A stretch of DNA of 63,525 nt, counting the filler, from Octopus bimaculoides (Eukaryota): assembly GCF_001194135.2 (NCBI RefSeq). It is 6 parts of 6 records of this genome, joined end to end, with 100 filler letters (N's around TTAATTAATTAA, not from the genome) between each part and the next. Parts side by side here need not be neighbours in the genome. Positions count along the whole stretch, not along the records: positions 17,098 to 34,149 come from NC_068989.1; positions 34,250 to 61,943 come from NC_068985.1; 4 more parts are not named here. One strand, given 5' to 3'. A program made the position numbers and the translations under genes. The notes under the pieces are model-generated. The model saw only the letters and a list, made by a program, of their open reading frames with translations. It made no database searches and was not told the DNA's origin. Positions 23,113-36,874 of the stretch are shown one piece after another (positions within the stretch are counted from its first letter, which is position 1; every line of letters starts with the position of its first letter).

Positions 23113-24400
23113 TGATGACATCTTAAATGCACTAAGTGAGGGCTCCAACGCGGATGTCATATGCCTTGATTTCAGCAAGGTCTTTGACAGAGTCGACCAC
23201 AATATATTGTTAAGGAAACTATCCAATGCTGGAGTCGGTGGAAAGCTACTTCAATGGATTAGGTATTTCCTAACAATCAGGAACCAGCATGTGGTGGTTG
23301 ATGTCATCCACTCAAGACCTGCAAAAGTCATCAGCGGAGTCCCACATGGTGCTGTTCTGAGTCCTCTTCTTTTTATTGTCTATATCAATGACATTGCAGA
23401 TTCCATTGAACGTCATTAAAATACTTGCAGATAACTCTATGCTCCAGAAAGTCATTAAGGGGGAATATGACCGAACAATGCTTCAATCGGATCTATGCGC
23501 AGTAACCCAGTGGACATAAAAAACAATATGCAGTTGAACGAAGAAAAATTTGAGCTCATCCACTTTGGAAAAGCGGGCACACTCAAACAACCACATACAC
23601 TACCGTCGGGAGACCTACTTGAATCTTCGGATAATATCAAAGACTTAGGTGTAACTGTCGACAGCAACCTTAGCTCGAGTGTGCACATCGACAAAAAAGT
23701 CGATGTTGCCCGCAGAATGTGCTCATGGATCCTCAGAACTTTCCAATCTAGGGATCATGAAACCATCATCCTTCTCTTCTCCACATTCGCTTGACCACAC
23801 CTGGAAAACTGCTGCCCATTGTGGTCTCCCTACAAAGAACAAGACATAAGGAGGAACGAAGCACCACAAAGATCAATCACTAAGAAAATAAATGCCATGA
23901 TGTGACTTGATTATTGGGTTCCACTTAAATAGCTGAAACTCTATTCTCTGCAACGCTGCCGTGAGCGATACATTATTTGTACCATGTGCAAAAACTATTC
24001 CACCAATATTACCCAAATTATATCGGTATTATGTTTACAATTCGCCCAAGACTAGGCCTCCGTGCAATGCGTCCCCTACAAAGGTTCAGATCACATCACA
24101 TAAGAGCATTGCGACACAATTTCTTCACTGCAAATAGTCCTGCTCTTTTCAGTGTTATCTCGAAAGAAATTAAAGTATAAAAAACCCCACAACTTCCAAA
24201 TGGTACCTGGACAAATTCCTCCAGGAAATACCGGACAAACCACCTACACCTGGATACATCTCAACCAACAACAACTCTCTGCTTGAGTGGTCCCATGGTA
24301 TTCCAAAATAATTAACGAAAATGCTTTCCCACGTGGTGCTATTCAGTTAGTTATGGCCTGGGTCAATAATGGCCGAAACCAATCTAAGTTATGTAAGTTA
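23113..24400 (+). mobile_element. CR1-clade-like LINE, 3' half of ORF2 (RT) plus 3' end
   Basis: ADVICLDFSKVFDRVDHNILLRKL; SGVPHGAVLSPLLFIVYINDI; NNMQLNEEKFELIHFG; IKDLGVTVDSNL; WILRTF; PHLENCCPLWSP. Contains stops and frameshifts. Ends in ATGGCC..GGCCGAAAC plus (TAAGT)-like repeats. Confidence 0.9.
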
Positions 24401-24577
24401 TAAGGTCTAACGAAAGCGCTCACACACTAGAGAAAAACTTTTCCCAAGCTAAGGTTAGTAACATCCTCATAACAGATTTCATAACATTTAAATTTTTTAA
24501 ATCACTTTTACACTTCAAAAACCGTATTAAGTAATCCCCATAAACTTTCAAATATATATATATATATATATATATAT

Positions 24578-25053
24578 ACTCTTTTACTTGTTTCAGTCAT
24601 TTGACTGCGGCCATGCTGGAGCATCGCCTTTAGTCGAGCAAATCGACTTATTCTTTGAAAGCCTAGTATTTATTTTATCGGTCCATTTTGCCGAATTGCT
24701 AATGTTACGGGGACGTAAACACGCCAGCATCGGTTGTCAAGCGATGTTGGAGGGGAGGACAAACACACACACACANNNNNNNNNNNNNNNNNNNNNNNNN
24801 NNNNNNNNNNNNNNNNNNNNNNNNNNNNNNNNNNNNNNNNNNNNNNNNNNNNNNNNNNNNNNNNNNNNNNNNNNNNNNNNNNNNNNNNNNNNNNNNNNNN
24901 NNNNNATACATATACATTTATACGACGGGCTCCTTTCAGTTTCCGTCTACCAAATCCACTCACAAAGCTTTGGTCAACCCGAGGCTATAGTAGAAGACAC
25001 TTGCCCAAAGTGCCACGCAATGGTACTGAACCCGGAACCATGTGGCTGGTAAG
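24578..25053 (-). mobile_element. SINE family A copy
   Basis: Near full-length homology; gap in the internal microsatellite. Confidence 0.9.
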
Positions 25054-25109
25054 CAAGCTACTTTATTTCATTATATTTGCCATAAAGGCAGTACATCGAG
25101 TAGCTAAGC

Positions 25110-26010
25110 AAGTTATGTGCTATGTGCGGCCCAGTAGATTTTGTGCTTTCAGTGTTTTTCGATCACGCCATTCACTTCTCTTCGTCCCCGAATAATCTCG
25201 TTTCTAGTATACCTGTGGAATAATAATCCTAGTATGGATCTCTTCATTGCACTTTGCTTCGTGGTAGCCAATGGACGTTCTTCCGCCTTAGTAGAGGCTC
25301 AAATTTCACTTGCGTATACGAACGCATTTAGAACAGTGCCGTCTTTACTTCGAGTAAATCTTTCATCGAGATAAACACGTGACATCTTATTCGTCGGTGC
25401 TTATTCACTATGCACTCCAAGTATTCAAACCCCCTTTATTTCCACGATTTCATCACTTCCCACCTCTAATCGGCCTTGTGTCTTAGGGATGCATGTATTT
25501 TGTTTTTATGCGGTTAACTTTAAGGCCTACCACTGAGCAACGGGTGCACAGAGCATTTCTTAAAACTGATTTATATTTTCGGAATGAGTACAATGTCGTC
25601 TGCGAATCGTCTGATCGCTGTTAGAAGATAATTGTCGACATCCGTGCCCTTTTTTCAGTCAGTATCTCTGGTGACCATTTCCCGACAAGCGGTGAAGATC
25701 TTTGGAGAAATGGCATCTCATTGTATATACGCCTTTCAGCTGGAATGCTTACGACTGACTATATCTGTGCTGTATCGAGTTATACCTATGGAGTATTCGG
25801 GGTTCGCATCCCGGAATAGTTTTGTGTATTGCGCCTTTGCTCCCTGCATTTCCAGTGATTTCATCAGGGCGTCAAGTTGACGCTATCGTAATTGACGAAA
25901 ATGATGCAGAGAAGCAGCTTCATTCACTCACACTATAAGGGGCATTAGAGTGAGTATGTGATCCATCGTACTGTAGTTCTTACTGAAACCTCCCTGCGCC
26001 CCCCCCCCCG
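25110..26010 (-). mobile_element. RTE-clade LINE RT fragment (degenerate)
   Basis: Minus strand: GFSKNYSTMDHI (about 25990-25958), ISPKIFT, RRFADDIVLI (about 25614-25583). Confidence 0.75.
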
Positions 26011-26104
26011 GATACTGGCTGTTGAAATGTTTTGGTAGCTTGATGATTAACACTTTCTAAACAGCTTGTAGAGTTGAGACAAGAAGTATATGGAGTGTTA
26101 GCTT

Positions 26105-26152
<48 letters not shown>

Positions 26153-26176
26153 TATATGTGTGTGTATTATACATAC

Positions 26177-26214
<38 letters not shown>

Positions 26215-27292
26215 GGGAAGAGGTCAGGCTGTATAATATGTATGTATCTCTGTATGTGTGCGTATAACATGAGTGCCTGAGTAGTAAAGAAAGTGAACTT
26301 CATAAAATACCAAGAGGTTTGGTTGCATAATTATATCAATTATTCATTCATTTTATTAAATCATGTAATTATATATCTCGCATTATTTTACAATTCATTT
26401 CGTTTACTATTCGCGCTCACACACACACACCTACCTCTCTCTCTATATATATACGTATATCTGTATATGCGTTTTTCATGTGTATACTTTTGCGTGCATC
26501 CGCGTACGCAGGGGGTTGCATCAAAGTTTATGTATGTGAACATTTATTTCTATCTTTTCACTTCACCAAGAAACTTATTCTTTCTGATATATCGTGACAG
26601 AAGTAGACGTAACTCTGAAAGCGGAAATGGCGAAGTAGATTTTACACTGATTTCGTTTATTTTTCGTTTTCCTTTTTTGAAGTGTTTCTAAAGTCAGTGT
26701 TTATCTCTTTGAAATTCGGGAAAACTAAACGTGTATTGTACTCTACTGTACGTTCGCACGGTTATAAACGATATAGTTTCCCAGTTATGGCTTCTACATA
26801 GTCAATATGATCGAATGTTACACGGTGCAGAAACCCAAAGAAAATTATCGCGTATATGGGATAATTTGAATTATTGCATGTGTGTATCTCTTACACAAAC
26901 CTAAGTGCTCATGTGATTATCACATGAGTAGCGAATCTCAGTAACTCATGAGTTGAGTGTTTTATTTCGTTTCTAATTATCTCGTCTTTTCGAAAATCCT
27001 GCTTCTGTAATTTCTCTACGAACACTGTTTCTTGCATCATCTACCTTTTCTCTCACTTTTTCTGTCATTGGACTGTGACCATACAAGTACGCCGCCTTCA
27101 ATAGTTTACTCGAACAAAGCGTTCCCAGTTCTTACTTTTGAAAGTCTGGTACTTAATCTATCGTCCGCTTTATCCGAAGACCTAAGTCACGCATACAGAG
27201 ATACATACAAACAGATACATATATAAGTATAGAGAGATTGGTGTTTCCCAACCAGGGGTACTCGCTTCTATCTATTTATATCTATCTATATT

Positions 27293-27356
<64 letters not shown>

Positions 27357-28320
27357 ACATATGTATGGATATGTACATATATGTACAAATATATGTATGT
27401 ATATGTACATATACATATATGTGTGTATATAAAAAAAAAGTACCAGCTGAGCTCTGGGGTCGGCGTAATCAACTTTCTCCACCCCTGAAGAATATCGGCT
27501 CTATGCCAAAATTTGTAACCATTATTATTTCTTAATATATACACATACATATATATGTATTTGTTCTAGATGCCACGCAATAGGACTGAATCCGAATCCA
27601 TGTTGTTTCAAAGCAAGATTCTTAGCCACACAGCCATGCCTGTGCTTCTACATTACCATATTGTGCCAACCTTTAAGAATGCTATCTTCCCAACACTTCT
27701 ACAATTAAAACAGACACGCATCTACATGAGGCGTAAAGCTTAAAGCAGAGAGAACGAAAGAGAGACGAAAAATTAAATATTTCATCATGTGCTGACACAT
27801 TATCCTTTTCAAGAATAAAATATGATTACTTTCCAAGTTATATGAGACTATATTTCATAGAGGTCACTGGGTATACCTGGTATGTTTCAAGTCGCCAGTG
27901 TATTATATGGGAAATACGAATTAATGTCAAAACTAAGACTGTAAGTTGCCAATATTCTTCTTACGCATTAACGATACACAATCTATATATCTCTGCTTAC
28001 GAAGTAACTCTAAACATTTCTGAATTTATTATGTTATTATATTCTTTTTCTAATTTATATTTAGGAATTAAAAGAATGCATGCATTTATAATAAAGTCTA
28101 GCAAGATTATCAGAAACTAGTCATACTCTGCAATAAAAGTTATACCATGAAAATAAAAGCAAAAGATCACGCTAAAAGTTTCAGAAACACGATAACATGC
28201 AACAGCCAATGAGAGGCAACTTTTAGTAGTAATCTTTACAAAGCTCAAACACGAGAAACAAAAAAATATATATATTTATCGATATATACGTGTGCGTATA
28301 TACATTACATACATATGTGT

Positions 28321-28399
<79 letters not shown>

Positions 28400-28531
28400 T
28401 AAGCTCGAAATGTAAAAGAATTCTTTTCAATTTTTCACGAGCGATAAACTATTACACCTGCCTGTTGTTCCTCTTCGCCTTTTGTTTTCTATAAATTTGT
28501 ACTAAACTATACGTGTACATATATATATAAG

Positions 28532-28618
<87 letters not shown>

Positions 28619-28924
28619 GGGAGAATTCACAAAAAAAAAAGAAACGAACACAGGTGGTGTAGAAAACAAACAGATGTATTAGTATAACGCTCGGGAATTG
28701 AAAAAGTCGTTATATATACACATATATACACATATAATTTGGACAAATATGTATAAGTTGATTAATGTGTTTAGATGTTGAGTAGAGCACCGGGGCAGTT
28801 ATGGCTACCTGTTGTCATCCGCAGTTGTGGTACACTTCCGTTGTATGTTCTTCAGGAACTCCGTAGTGACAGTTAGGATAATAATATTAATTAACAGATG
28901 TATTCAATATTAAAACTTTATTGG

Positions 28925-28969
28925 GTGCAACATATGTTTCGAGCCATCAGTCCGGGTCTCTTCAAGTAC
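28925..28969 (-). ncRNA. Degenerate hammerhead ribozyme motif in a PLE terminal repeat
   Basis: Reverse complement: GTAC-TTGAAGA-GACC..GGCTC-GAAA-CATATG-TT-GCAC, followed by CCAATAAA. Helix III is the palindrome ACATATGT; C3 is changed to U. Confidence 0.5.
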
Positions 28970-29275
28970 ATCGATAAAGATATATCTCACTACAGATTTT
29001 TAGTGTCGGCTGGCTTGTTGTTATATGTCCATCAAGTTAGGGAATAAATAAAAGCAAATAATATTACAGAAACGCAAAATGTTCAAATATGAACGTGGAA
29101 ATCTTGCGTCCCAGCTCAGATAAAATGAACTAATCAGCTTTCGCTGCCATAACTGCTTGGCGGAAAAAGAAAGTAGAAGGTGGAAAGAAGATTAACACTT
29201 AGTCGAGTATACATACAGACAAATCGACACAGGCACGCATACATACATACATACATACATACATACATACATACA

Positions 29276-29308
<33 letters not shown>

Positions 29309-29469
29309 GTATATATATATATATATTATATTTTATTATATGTATTTATTTTCTCCTAATTAATAAATAACTCGGACAAAATAAATTTACATACTACAAA
29401 CATATATATATGTAAGTACACACATCCGCATATGTATACACACACATACATATAGATGCATATAGATAC

Positions 29470-29605
29470 AGACATAGACCCATCACATACAGAGTGTGTA
29501 GTTACTTCTATTTTGGACCAACGATTTGTCCTCGTTGTATTTATCATATAGCTCCTCAGCGAGTCGTAATTTTCTGCAGAATTCCCCGATGTCTTCTTTC
29601 ATCTC
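29470..29605 (-). mobile_element. Short fragment of the same Penelope-like family
   Basis: Visibly homologous to about 33500-33605 (GTGTAGTTACTTCTATTT.GGACCAACGATT.GTCCTCGTTGTATTT). Confidence 0.7.
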
Positions 29606-29648
29606 TATATGTATACTTATTGATTAGACCACACCCACACACACACAC

Positions 29649-29724
<76 letters not shown>

Positions 29725-31178
29725 ACCTGCATACACAATACTATAACTATAATGAAATAATGTAATTTAGGATTCTTATAACTATGCAGCTTTAATGGCA
29801 GCAAAGTTTATTTAAACTAGAATGAATAGCAAAATCTAATTATCATTTTGTCATAAAGATGTGGTCATATGATTATTCTGATTTTAACGTCGATCTCAAC
29901 TTTACGTTCAAACCAGAAACATTATTCTCAAATTTTGTGAATACCAATGACTGTTTTCATGTCTGAAACCAATCACATGTTTTCTGATTTTTCACTCCAC
30001 ACTAAAATACAACATGCTTCAAAGACAGAATATAAAAAAGATGAGGTAAATAGCGTTCAAAATTTAAAATATTTTTTAAATGCGTATGTACTTAGTTTTC
30101 ATATGTCCATGAGCGTATTTTTATCTCTGTGTTATCAATATATGCTTGTGTATGTATGTATATTCATAAATGTATGTTTGTGTGTGCTTAATGGGAAATG
30201 ACTTATTTCAGGTTACTATTCAACTGGGAGCAAAATTTGGCAGCAGAAATTTAAAGACAGATTCGGCATTACAAACAACCAGGTGTACTTAGTTTTTGTA
30301 TATGCACTGTTGGAAAAATGTATATATATTATTGCTGTGTTTTTTAATCAACTTACACTATCTAAGCCCACACTGCTAAATGCACTGGATTTCTAAGACT
30401 TTTCAAAAACAATGCAATATTACATCCATACAAAACCAAACATTTCTACTTCAAAGGGGAAAACACGAATTCCTAAAAAAACATTACTTCACTGTTATAT
30501 GAAACTGAAATTCTATGTTCTGAATAGCTTCATCTAAAAATATAATATTCGTTTATAGAAAAATTTAGTATCGCAAAAGGCGTTTCTTTGTTGGTAAATC
30601 TCCACATGTTTGATTCCTTGTAAGCTTCTTTGCTTTTCCGCATTTTTAAAAAAAATTTCTGTTGTCAAATTTTAGTTCCGGCTGAATGGTAAAATGAAAT
30701 AAGTGCTTGCCATGTAAAAGAACAGCTGTGTGAAGAATATACATCCAATGTACAATGATTGCACGCTATTTTATCTGTAAAATGAAGAAATGTTTCTGTG
30801 TTCAGCATAGAATTTAACACATACAGTTTGTGTTCGTGTTTATATTGTTTGCTGTTAAAACCTTAGATTCATTTCAGATAAGCCATAAAATACGATTTAA
30901 GAAACAAATATTGCACAAACTGTATTAAAAGAGCATATGCACCACTTAGTTTTAGTGATAAAATTTATTGTAATTCTCTCACTTTCATTAGGAGGTGTAA
31001 AACCTGCTTCTGAATATAAAGTGAAACTCAATTTTTAGCATATTTCATGTAATAAATACATATCTATACAAAGAGATTTCATTGTGACGTACATGAATAT
31101 AATATTATTTTATAAAATAACACTTAGAAAAGTTACCACGTTCGGCATACAATTCATTTATTTCTCTATATAGAGAGG

Positions 31179-31252
<74 letters not shown>

Positions 31253-31849
31253 TGTAGTTTGTTTCTGTATTCAATTTTTGATTCAGTCCTAAAATTTTAT
31301 TTTCGTTTCAATAAAACTCCAAAATTTTATAATTTTTGTTTCCATGTTTGTTCGGGAATTTAATATTTCACTGCAGTTTTTAAATAACGAAATAATTGTC
31401 AATAGTGTGTCTTAAATACAAATTTATTCATAACGGCAGTTTAGGCCTCTCCAACGCAAGTTTGTTTTCTCATAACTTTCTAAATGCTACATATCTTTTA
31501 TCAACTGTAGCAGAGATTAATTTTCGAATATGGACGTAACAATAACGTCAGTGAAATTTATTTAAATTTATTTAGTAAGTTATTCAGTTAGAATAAAGTT
31601 TTTAACTTTTAACACTTCAGCATTTTATTCATGATACCTTTAAAAATTTCTGAGCTTACGTTTACCTTTTACAATACAGATCATAAGTACTGAATCCTGA
31701 AGACATTAATGAACTAGCTTGCAAAAATAGCAATGAAATGTTATCCTTCAATGCCATCTGTTCTTCTTTTCTGACATGTTGTGCTAAGACAACGAAGTTA
31801 TTCAATATTTAAAATCGCATGAACCTTGCTGAATCATGGCTGAGTGACG

Positions 31850-32135
31850 CAGGCGTGGCTATGTGGTAAGAAGCTTGGTTCCAAATCACATGATTCAGGG
31901 TTCAGACCCACTGCGTGACACCATGAGCAAGTGTCTGTGAGTATGCGTATGTGTGTCTGTGTTTGTTCCCCACCACCTCTTGACAACCGGTGTTGTTATA
32001 TTTATGTCCTCGTAAGTTAAGGGTTCGGTAAAAGAGATCGATCGAATAAGTACCTGCTCTAAAAATGGACTGGGGTCGATTCATTCGGCTAAAACGTCTG
32101 CCAAGCGGTGCACTGGCATGGCCATAAGTAAAAGA
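31850..32135 (+). mobile_element. SINE family A variant lacking the middle segment
   Basis: Head, truncated CORE-like part and 3' half, ending GCGGTGCACTGGCATGGCC..AAGTAAAAG. Confidence 0.75.
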
Positions 32136-32147
32136 TAAAGGATAATG

Positions 32148-32221
<74 letters not shown>

Positions 32222-34025
32222 TCCCATGATAGGTTAGCAAAGGAGGAGTCAATTCTTGTACCCGTTGCAGTCCCCGATATATGTCGATAGAAGTTGTCTT
32301 TGAAGACGAAGTAGTTATTCTCCAAGATAAATTTTAACCCTTCTATCACGAATTCTTTTTTGATGCGATGTGGCAGTTCGTTGGCGTAATTCTCAAGCCA
32401 GAATTGAATTGACTCTATTCCTAGGTTGTGGGGGAATATTAGAATAGAGGTTGACTACATCGAAGGATACTAGTAGCTTGTTTTAGTTTATAGTTTCAGG
32501 AAGCTGATTGAGCATATCCAGGTCGTCCCTCAAGTAGCTTTTGACATGCTTGAGGAATGGTTTTATGAGGGTATCTAAAACGTTACTGAGGCGGTGGGTT
32601 TCGCATGCGGGACCTGCTATTATAGGTCTCAATTTGAGGTCATGAGGAGTAGAGACTTTGATTATTATGTCTCTGGCTATCCTGCATGCGTTACTTAGTG
32701 TCTCAATTTTGTGTATCTTGGAAATACCGTAGATTTGACTGGTTTTACTTTTGAAATTGGTCATATAGCCATATCCTTTGTCGGTGAGCTCTTCTCTGTA
32801 TAGCTTTAACATGCATCATAGGTCTCTCATTACTTTCTGCTGACTGTAGTGTTGGGCCTTTACATAATATGTTGTGTCTTCTGAGTGGAGATGCAACGGC
32901 CCAGTGGTTAGGGCAGCGGACTCGTGGTCATAGGATCGCGGTTTCGATTCCCAGACCGGGCGTTGTGAGTATTTATTGAGCGAAAACACCTAAAGCTCCA
33001 CGAGGCTCCGGCAGGGGATGGTGGCGAACCCTGCTGTACTCTTTCACCACAACTTTCTCTCATTCTTACTTCCTGTTTCTGTTGTGTCTGTAATTCAAAG
33101 GGTCAGACTTGTCACCCTGTGTCACGCTGAATCTTCCCGAGAACTACGTTAAGAGTACACGTGTCTGTGGAGTGCTCAGCCACTTTCACGTTAATTTCAC
33201 GAGCAGGCTGTTCCGTTGATCGGATCAACTGGAACGCTCGACGTCGTAAGCGACGGAGTGTGTTTTCTGATATGGATAGTACTAAATGTATACAGTATAC
33301 CATGACCATTAAATCAACTGCACTCCCTTTATGAGCCTCTTTGATTGTTATTGTTTTGTCATCTTTTAATTTGTTCAGCTCAGTCCATTCTTTTTTGATG
33401 AAGTTTGGTTTGTGTTTTAGTTTGTGCATATGTTAATGCAGGTAATTCGACATGTATTCACAGAAAGCATCAAAAGTTTTGTTTTTACCTTTTGAGGGGG
33501 TGTAGTTACTTCTATTTCGGACCAACGATTCGTCCTCGTTGTATTTGTCGTATAGATCCTCAGCGAATCGTAATTTCTGCAAAATTCCCCGATGTCTTCT
33601 TTCATTTCGTTGTAGTTAGGGCTTTGGGGGTGGGTGTAAAGTTGAGCCATTTTGAGAGTATATTGATTTGGTTTGTTGTTAGTTCTTTGTGGGTTAGATT
33701 GATAATTTTTATCACTTTTGGTTTCTCCTGTCTCTTTTGTGCTATCTCATGCCTCTGTTTTTGCGTATTGGGTCTAAAAAAATGATTGCCTTTGGGACGG
33801 TAGCTGTTATGTAGTTGTTCTTTATTGTTTTTGGGTGCTGTGTTGTGATTTAAGGTGCGGGTACTTGGAACGGTATTCAAAGGTGTGTCCCGATATCCCA
33901 TTTTCGGATGTGGTGTTTCAGGGTGCCGTCGTTGATAATTACTGCGTATGGTACGGGTTTGTTGTGCATGGTTGTTCAGTAGATTGTTGGAACGAAAATT
34001 TCGTTGGTGACTCCTTATGGGTGGG
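32222..34025 (-). mobile_element. Penelope-like element, degenerate RT ORF, interrupted by a SINE
   Basis: Frameshifted fragments: IINLTHKELTTNQINILSKWLNFTPTP; ELNKLKDDKTITIKEAHKGSAV; LRPIIAGP..THRLSNVLDTLIKPF; SFDVVNLYSNIP; ILENNYFVF..YRHISGTATGT..SFANL. These are typical PLE RT motifs. The sequence breaks off at a (GATA)n tract after motif B'. Confidence 0.85.
32885..33259 (+). mobile_element. SINE family B inserted in the Penelope-like RT
   Basis: Full copy flanked by TSD GTGT(C/T)TTCTGA at 32874-32884 and 33260-33270. Confidence 0.9.
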
Positions 34026-34035
34026 AGGAGGTTAC

Positions 34036-34066
<31 letters not shown>

Positions 34067-34090
34067 CGTGTGTGTGTGTGCGTGTGTGTG

Positions 34091-34149
<59 letters not shown>

Positions 34150-34249
34150 NNNNNNNNNNNNNNNNNNNNNNNNNNNNNNNNNNNNNNNNNNNNTTAATTA
34201 ATTAANNNNNNNNNNNNNNNNNNNNNNNNNNNNNNNNNNNNNNNNNNNN

Positions 34250-35188
34250 GACAATAATATGCAGTTTAATGCTGAAAAATTCCAAGCCCTGCGCTACCAA
34301 CGTCCAAAACTGAATATGAAACTTACAGAGTACACTGGTCCACATGGAATTTCAATCCCAGAGCCTAAATCAGTGAGAGACCTAGGTATCGACGTGAGTG
34401 ATGATACCTTTTTCCAAGTGCACATTACCAGAATGGCAACAAAGTGCAGACGATTGGCTGGATGGATCCTGAGAACATTCAGAACCAGAGATAAGGTAAC
34501 CATGATGATCCTCTGGAGGACATTCGTCCTCAGCCGCCTGGATTACTGCTCACAGCTGTGGTCACCCAGCAGTGTGAAATTAACAGCAGACCTTGAAGCA
34601 ATCCAGAGGAGATTCACAAAGAAGATGGTCTCTTTGCAACTGCTCAGCTACTGGGAAAGGCTTAAATAGCTAAGACTCTACTCCCTGGAAAGAAGGCGGG
34701 AGAGGTATGCAGTNNNNNNNNNNNNNNNNNNNNNNNNNNNNNNNNNNNNNNNNNNNNNNNNNNNNNNNNNNNNNNNNNNNNNNNNNNNNNNNNNNNNNNN
34801 NNNNNNNNNNNNNNNNNNNNNNNNNNNNNNNNNNNNNNNNNNNNNNNNNNNNNNNNNNNNNNNNNNNNNNNNNNNNNNNNNNNNNNNNNNNNNNNNNNNN
34901 NNNNNNNNNNNNNNNNNNNNNNNNNNNNNNNNNNNNNNNNNNNNNNNNNNNNNNNNNNNNNNNNNNNNNNNNNNNNNNNNNNNNNNNNNNNNNNNNNNNN
35001 NNNNNNNNNNATCGAGAGTCCCAGATGAACCTTCCTCGCGGCAGGAGGTGCAAATGAGGGTTGCTAAATCAAACTCCATTCTTCACCAAGTGCCACATAT
35101 TGTAAGAGTCTCCCTGTAATAACAGTGTAGCAACACTGTGGTGCATCAGCATGGCCGCAGCTCTAAGCTGAAACTTAAAAAATTAAAA

Positions 35189-35193
<5 letters not shown>
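34250..35193 (+). mobile_element. CR1-clade-like LINE 3' fragment (second subfamily) with internal gap
   Basis: NNMQFNAEKFQAL..VRDLGIDVSDD..GWILRTFRTRD..RLDYCSQLWSP..LEAIQRRFTK..LSYWERLK. After the gap: RVPDEP..AKSNSILHQ, then the 3' stem-loop at 35138-35174. Confidence 0.9.
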
Positions 35194-35221
<28 letters not shown>

Positions 35222-36874
35222 ACCTACCTGATATTCACGCAGTCTAGATTTCGCCTAGAAAGATGCCGCCTTATAGAACACATAGGAAACTACAATGTAG
35301 GTCAACTATCCAGATGTACCCGCTGCATGTCAGCATGTCTCATCTTTGAAAATGTCTTCGATAAAACCGTGTACGTTGTGGCGTGTAACAGATTGCTTCG
35401 GGGACAATACATCGTTTTTCAGCCTATTTTAACGAATCAGAAATGTGTGAATGTGTATATGCATACATATCTTCAAATATATGTATATATTTGTATATAT
35501 GTGTGTGTGTGTATGCGCATATGTATACATGAATTTGAAGGCGTGTGTCTGTGGAGTAATAAGCCACTTCTACTTTAATTTTATCAAGCAAACCGTCCTG
35601 TCAATGTGATCAAACGACGGAGGTTCAGTACGTTTGAATACCATTGTAAATGTAAATCTGAAAGGTAGAAATTTCCATATTTCTGTACTGAAAAACAGGC
35701 GGGTCATTGGTAAATATTTTTGTTTGGTCTGCGTATGGTTATGGTGTAATTGCTAAATGTTAGAAAATACAATACAATTGCAGTCAAAATGAATTGCATA
35801 AAGAGTAAATAATTTAAGTGTTTTGCTCCAGTAATCATGTTAAAACGGGTTAAAGTGTACGAAATATGGTTGCTTTTGAACTGATGTTACTTTAATTGCT
35901 AAATATACTTGTTTATATTTACTAAAGCATTTTAGCATGAAATTAAATCTATATTGGTAATTTTATTTGTTTTGTTTTCAAATAAAATTAAACTCAGTTT
36001 AAATATAAATAAATGAATTTTCATAATTGTCAAAATGCAAATATATTTGTAGTAAACATAATTGAAATATTTCGAACACGTAATGGAGAAAATATTTCAA
36101 ACAGAAACCATAATTACAAACATACTACAACAACTAAAACGAAAATTAGTGATATATTTGCATTTTAATTAATCTGAAATGTATTCTTTTCCTCCTATAT
36201 ACATATACACAGGGAAAAAAGAGAGAAAGATGTACGAAAATAAGCATTAATATTAGTATTAAGTGTTTGTTAAAACTGAAATAAAAAAAGGTAGTTTTGC
36301 ATATGATACACACATTCTCTAATTCAAACAGATTTTTATTTACGTCACGCTTATTTGAACAATAACTTGGTTGGCATTATGATTTTGGCAGCAGAATATT
36401 TGGCAAACTGTGTATTAAACAATGATAATTACAAGGGAGTATATCAACGTCGGGTGCTGAGTGTGTAACGGGGGTTTTTGACGAAGCAATATCTTTCGCG
36501 GTTAATATATTATACACAAAAACACACACATTCAAGTAGATAAGTATATGTAGGTTCATACAAGTACATATAATATATGTTCATATGGATATTCATAAGA
36601 TATAAACTTACACACACACACACATACAAACGCACAAATACGACACTCGAACATACACAAACACGTACACAAATCCACACAAACACACAAAGACAAACAC
36701 ACAGCGATGCATATATTCATCCCTCCACACGCATGCACACGTATACATATATATTCACAGTTAAATACATAGAAATTATTTGGCAGTGTGATATATTGCT
36801 CAGGTATTATAATACTTAAAACTATCTCCCTGAATACACCTAATTCTACACGATCATACACTTTTAAATCGCCA

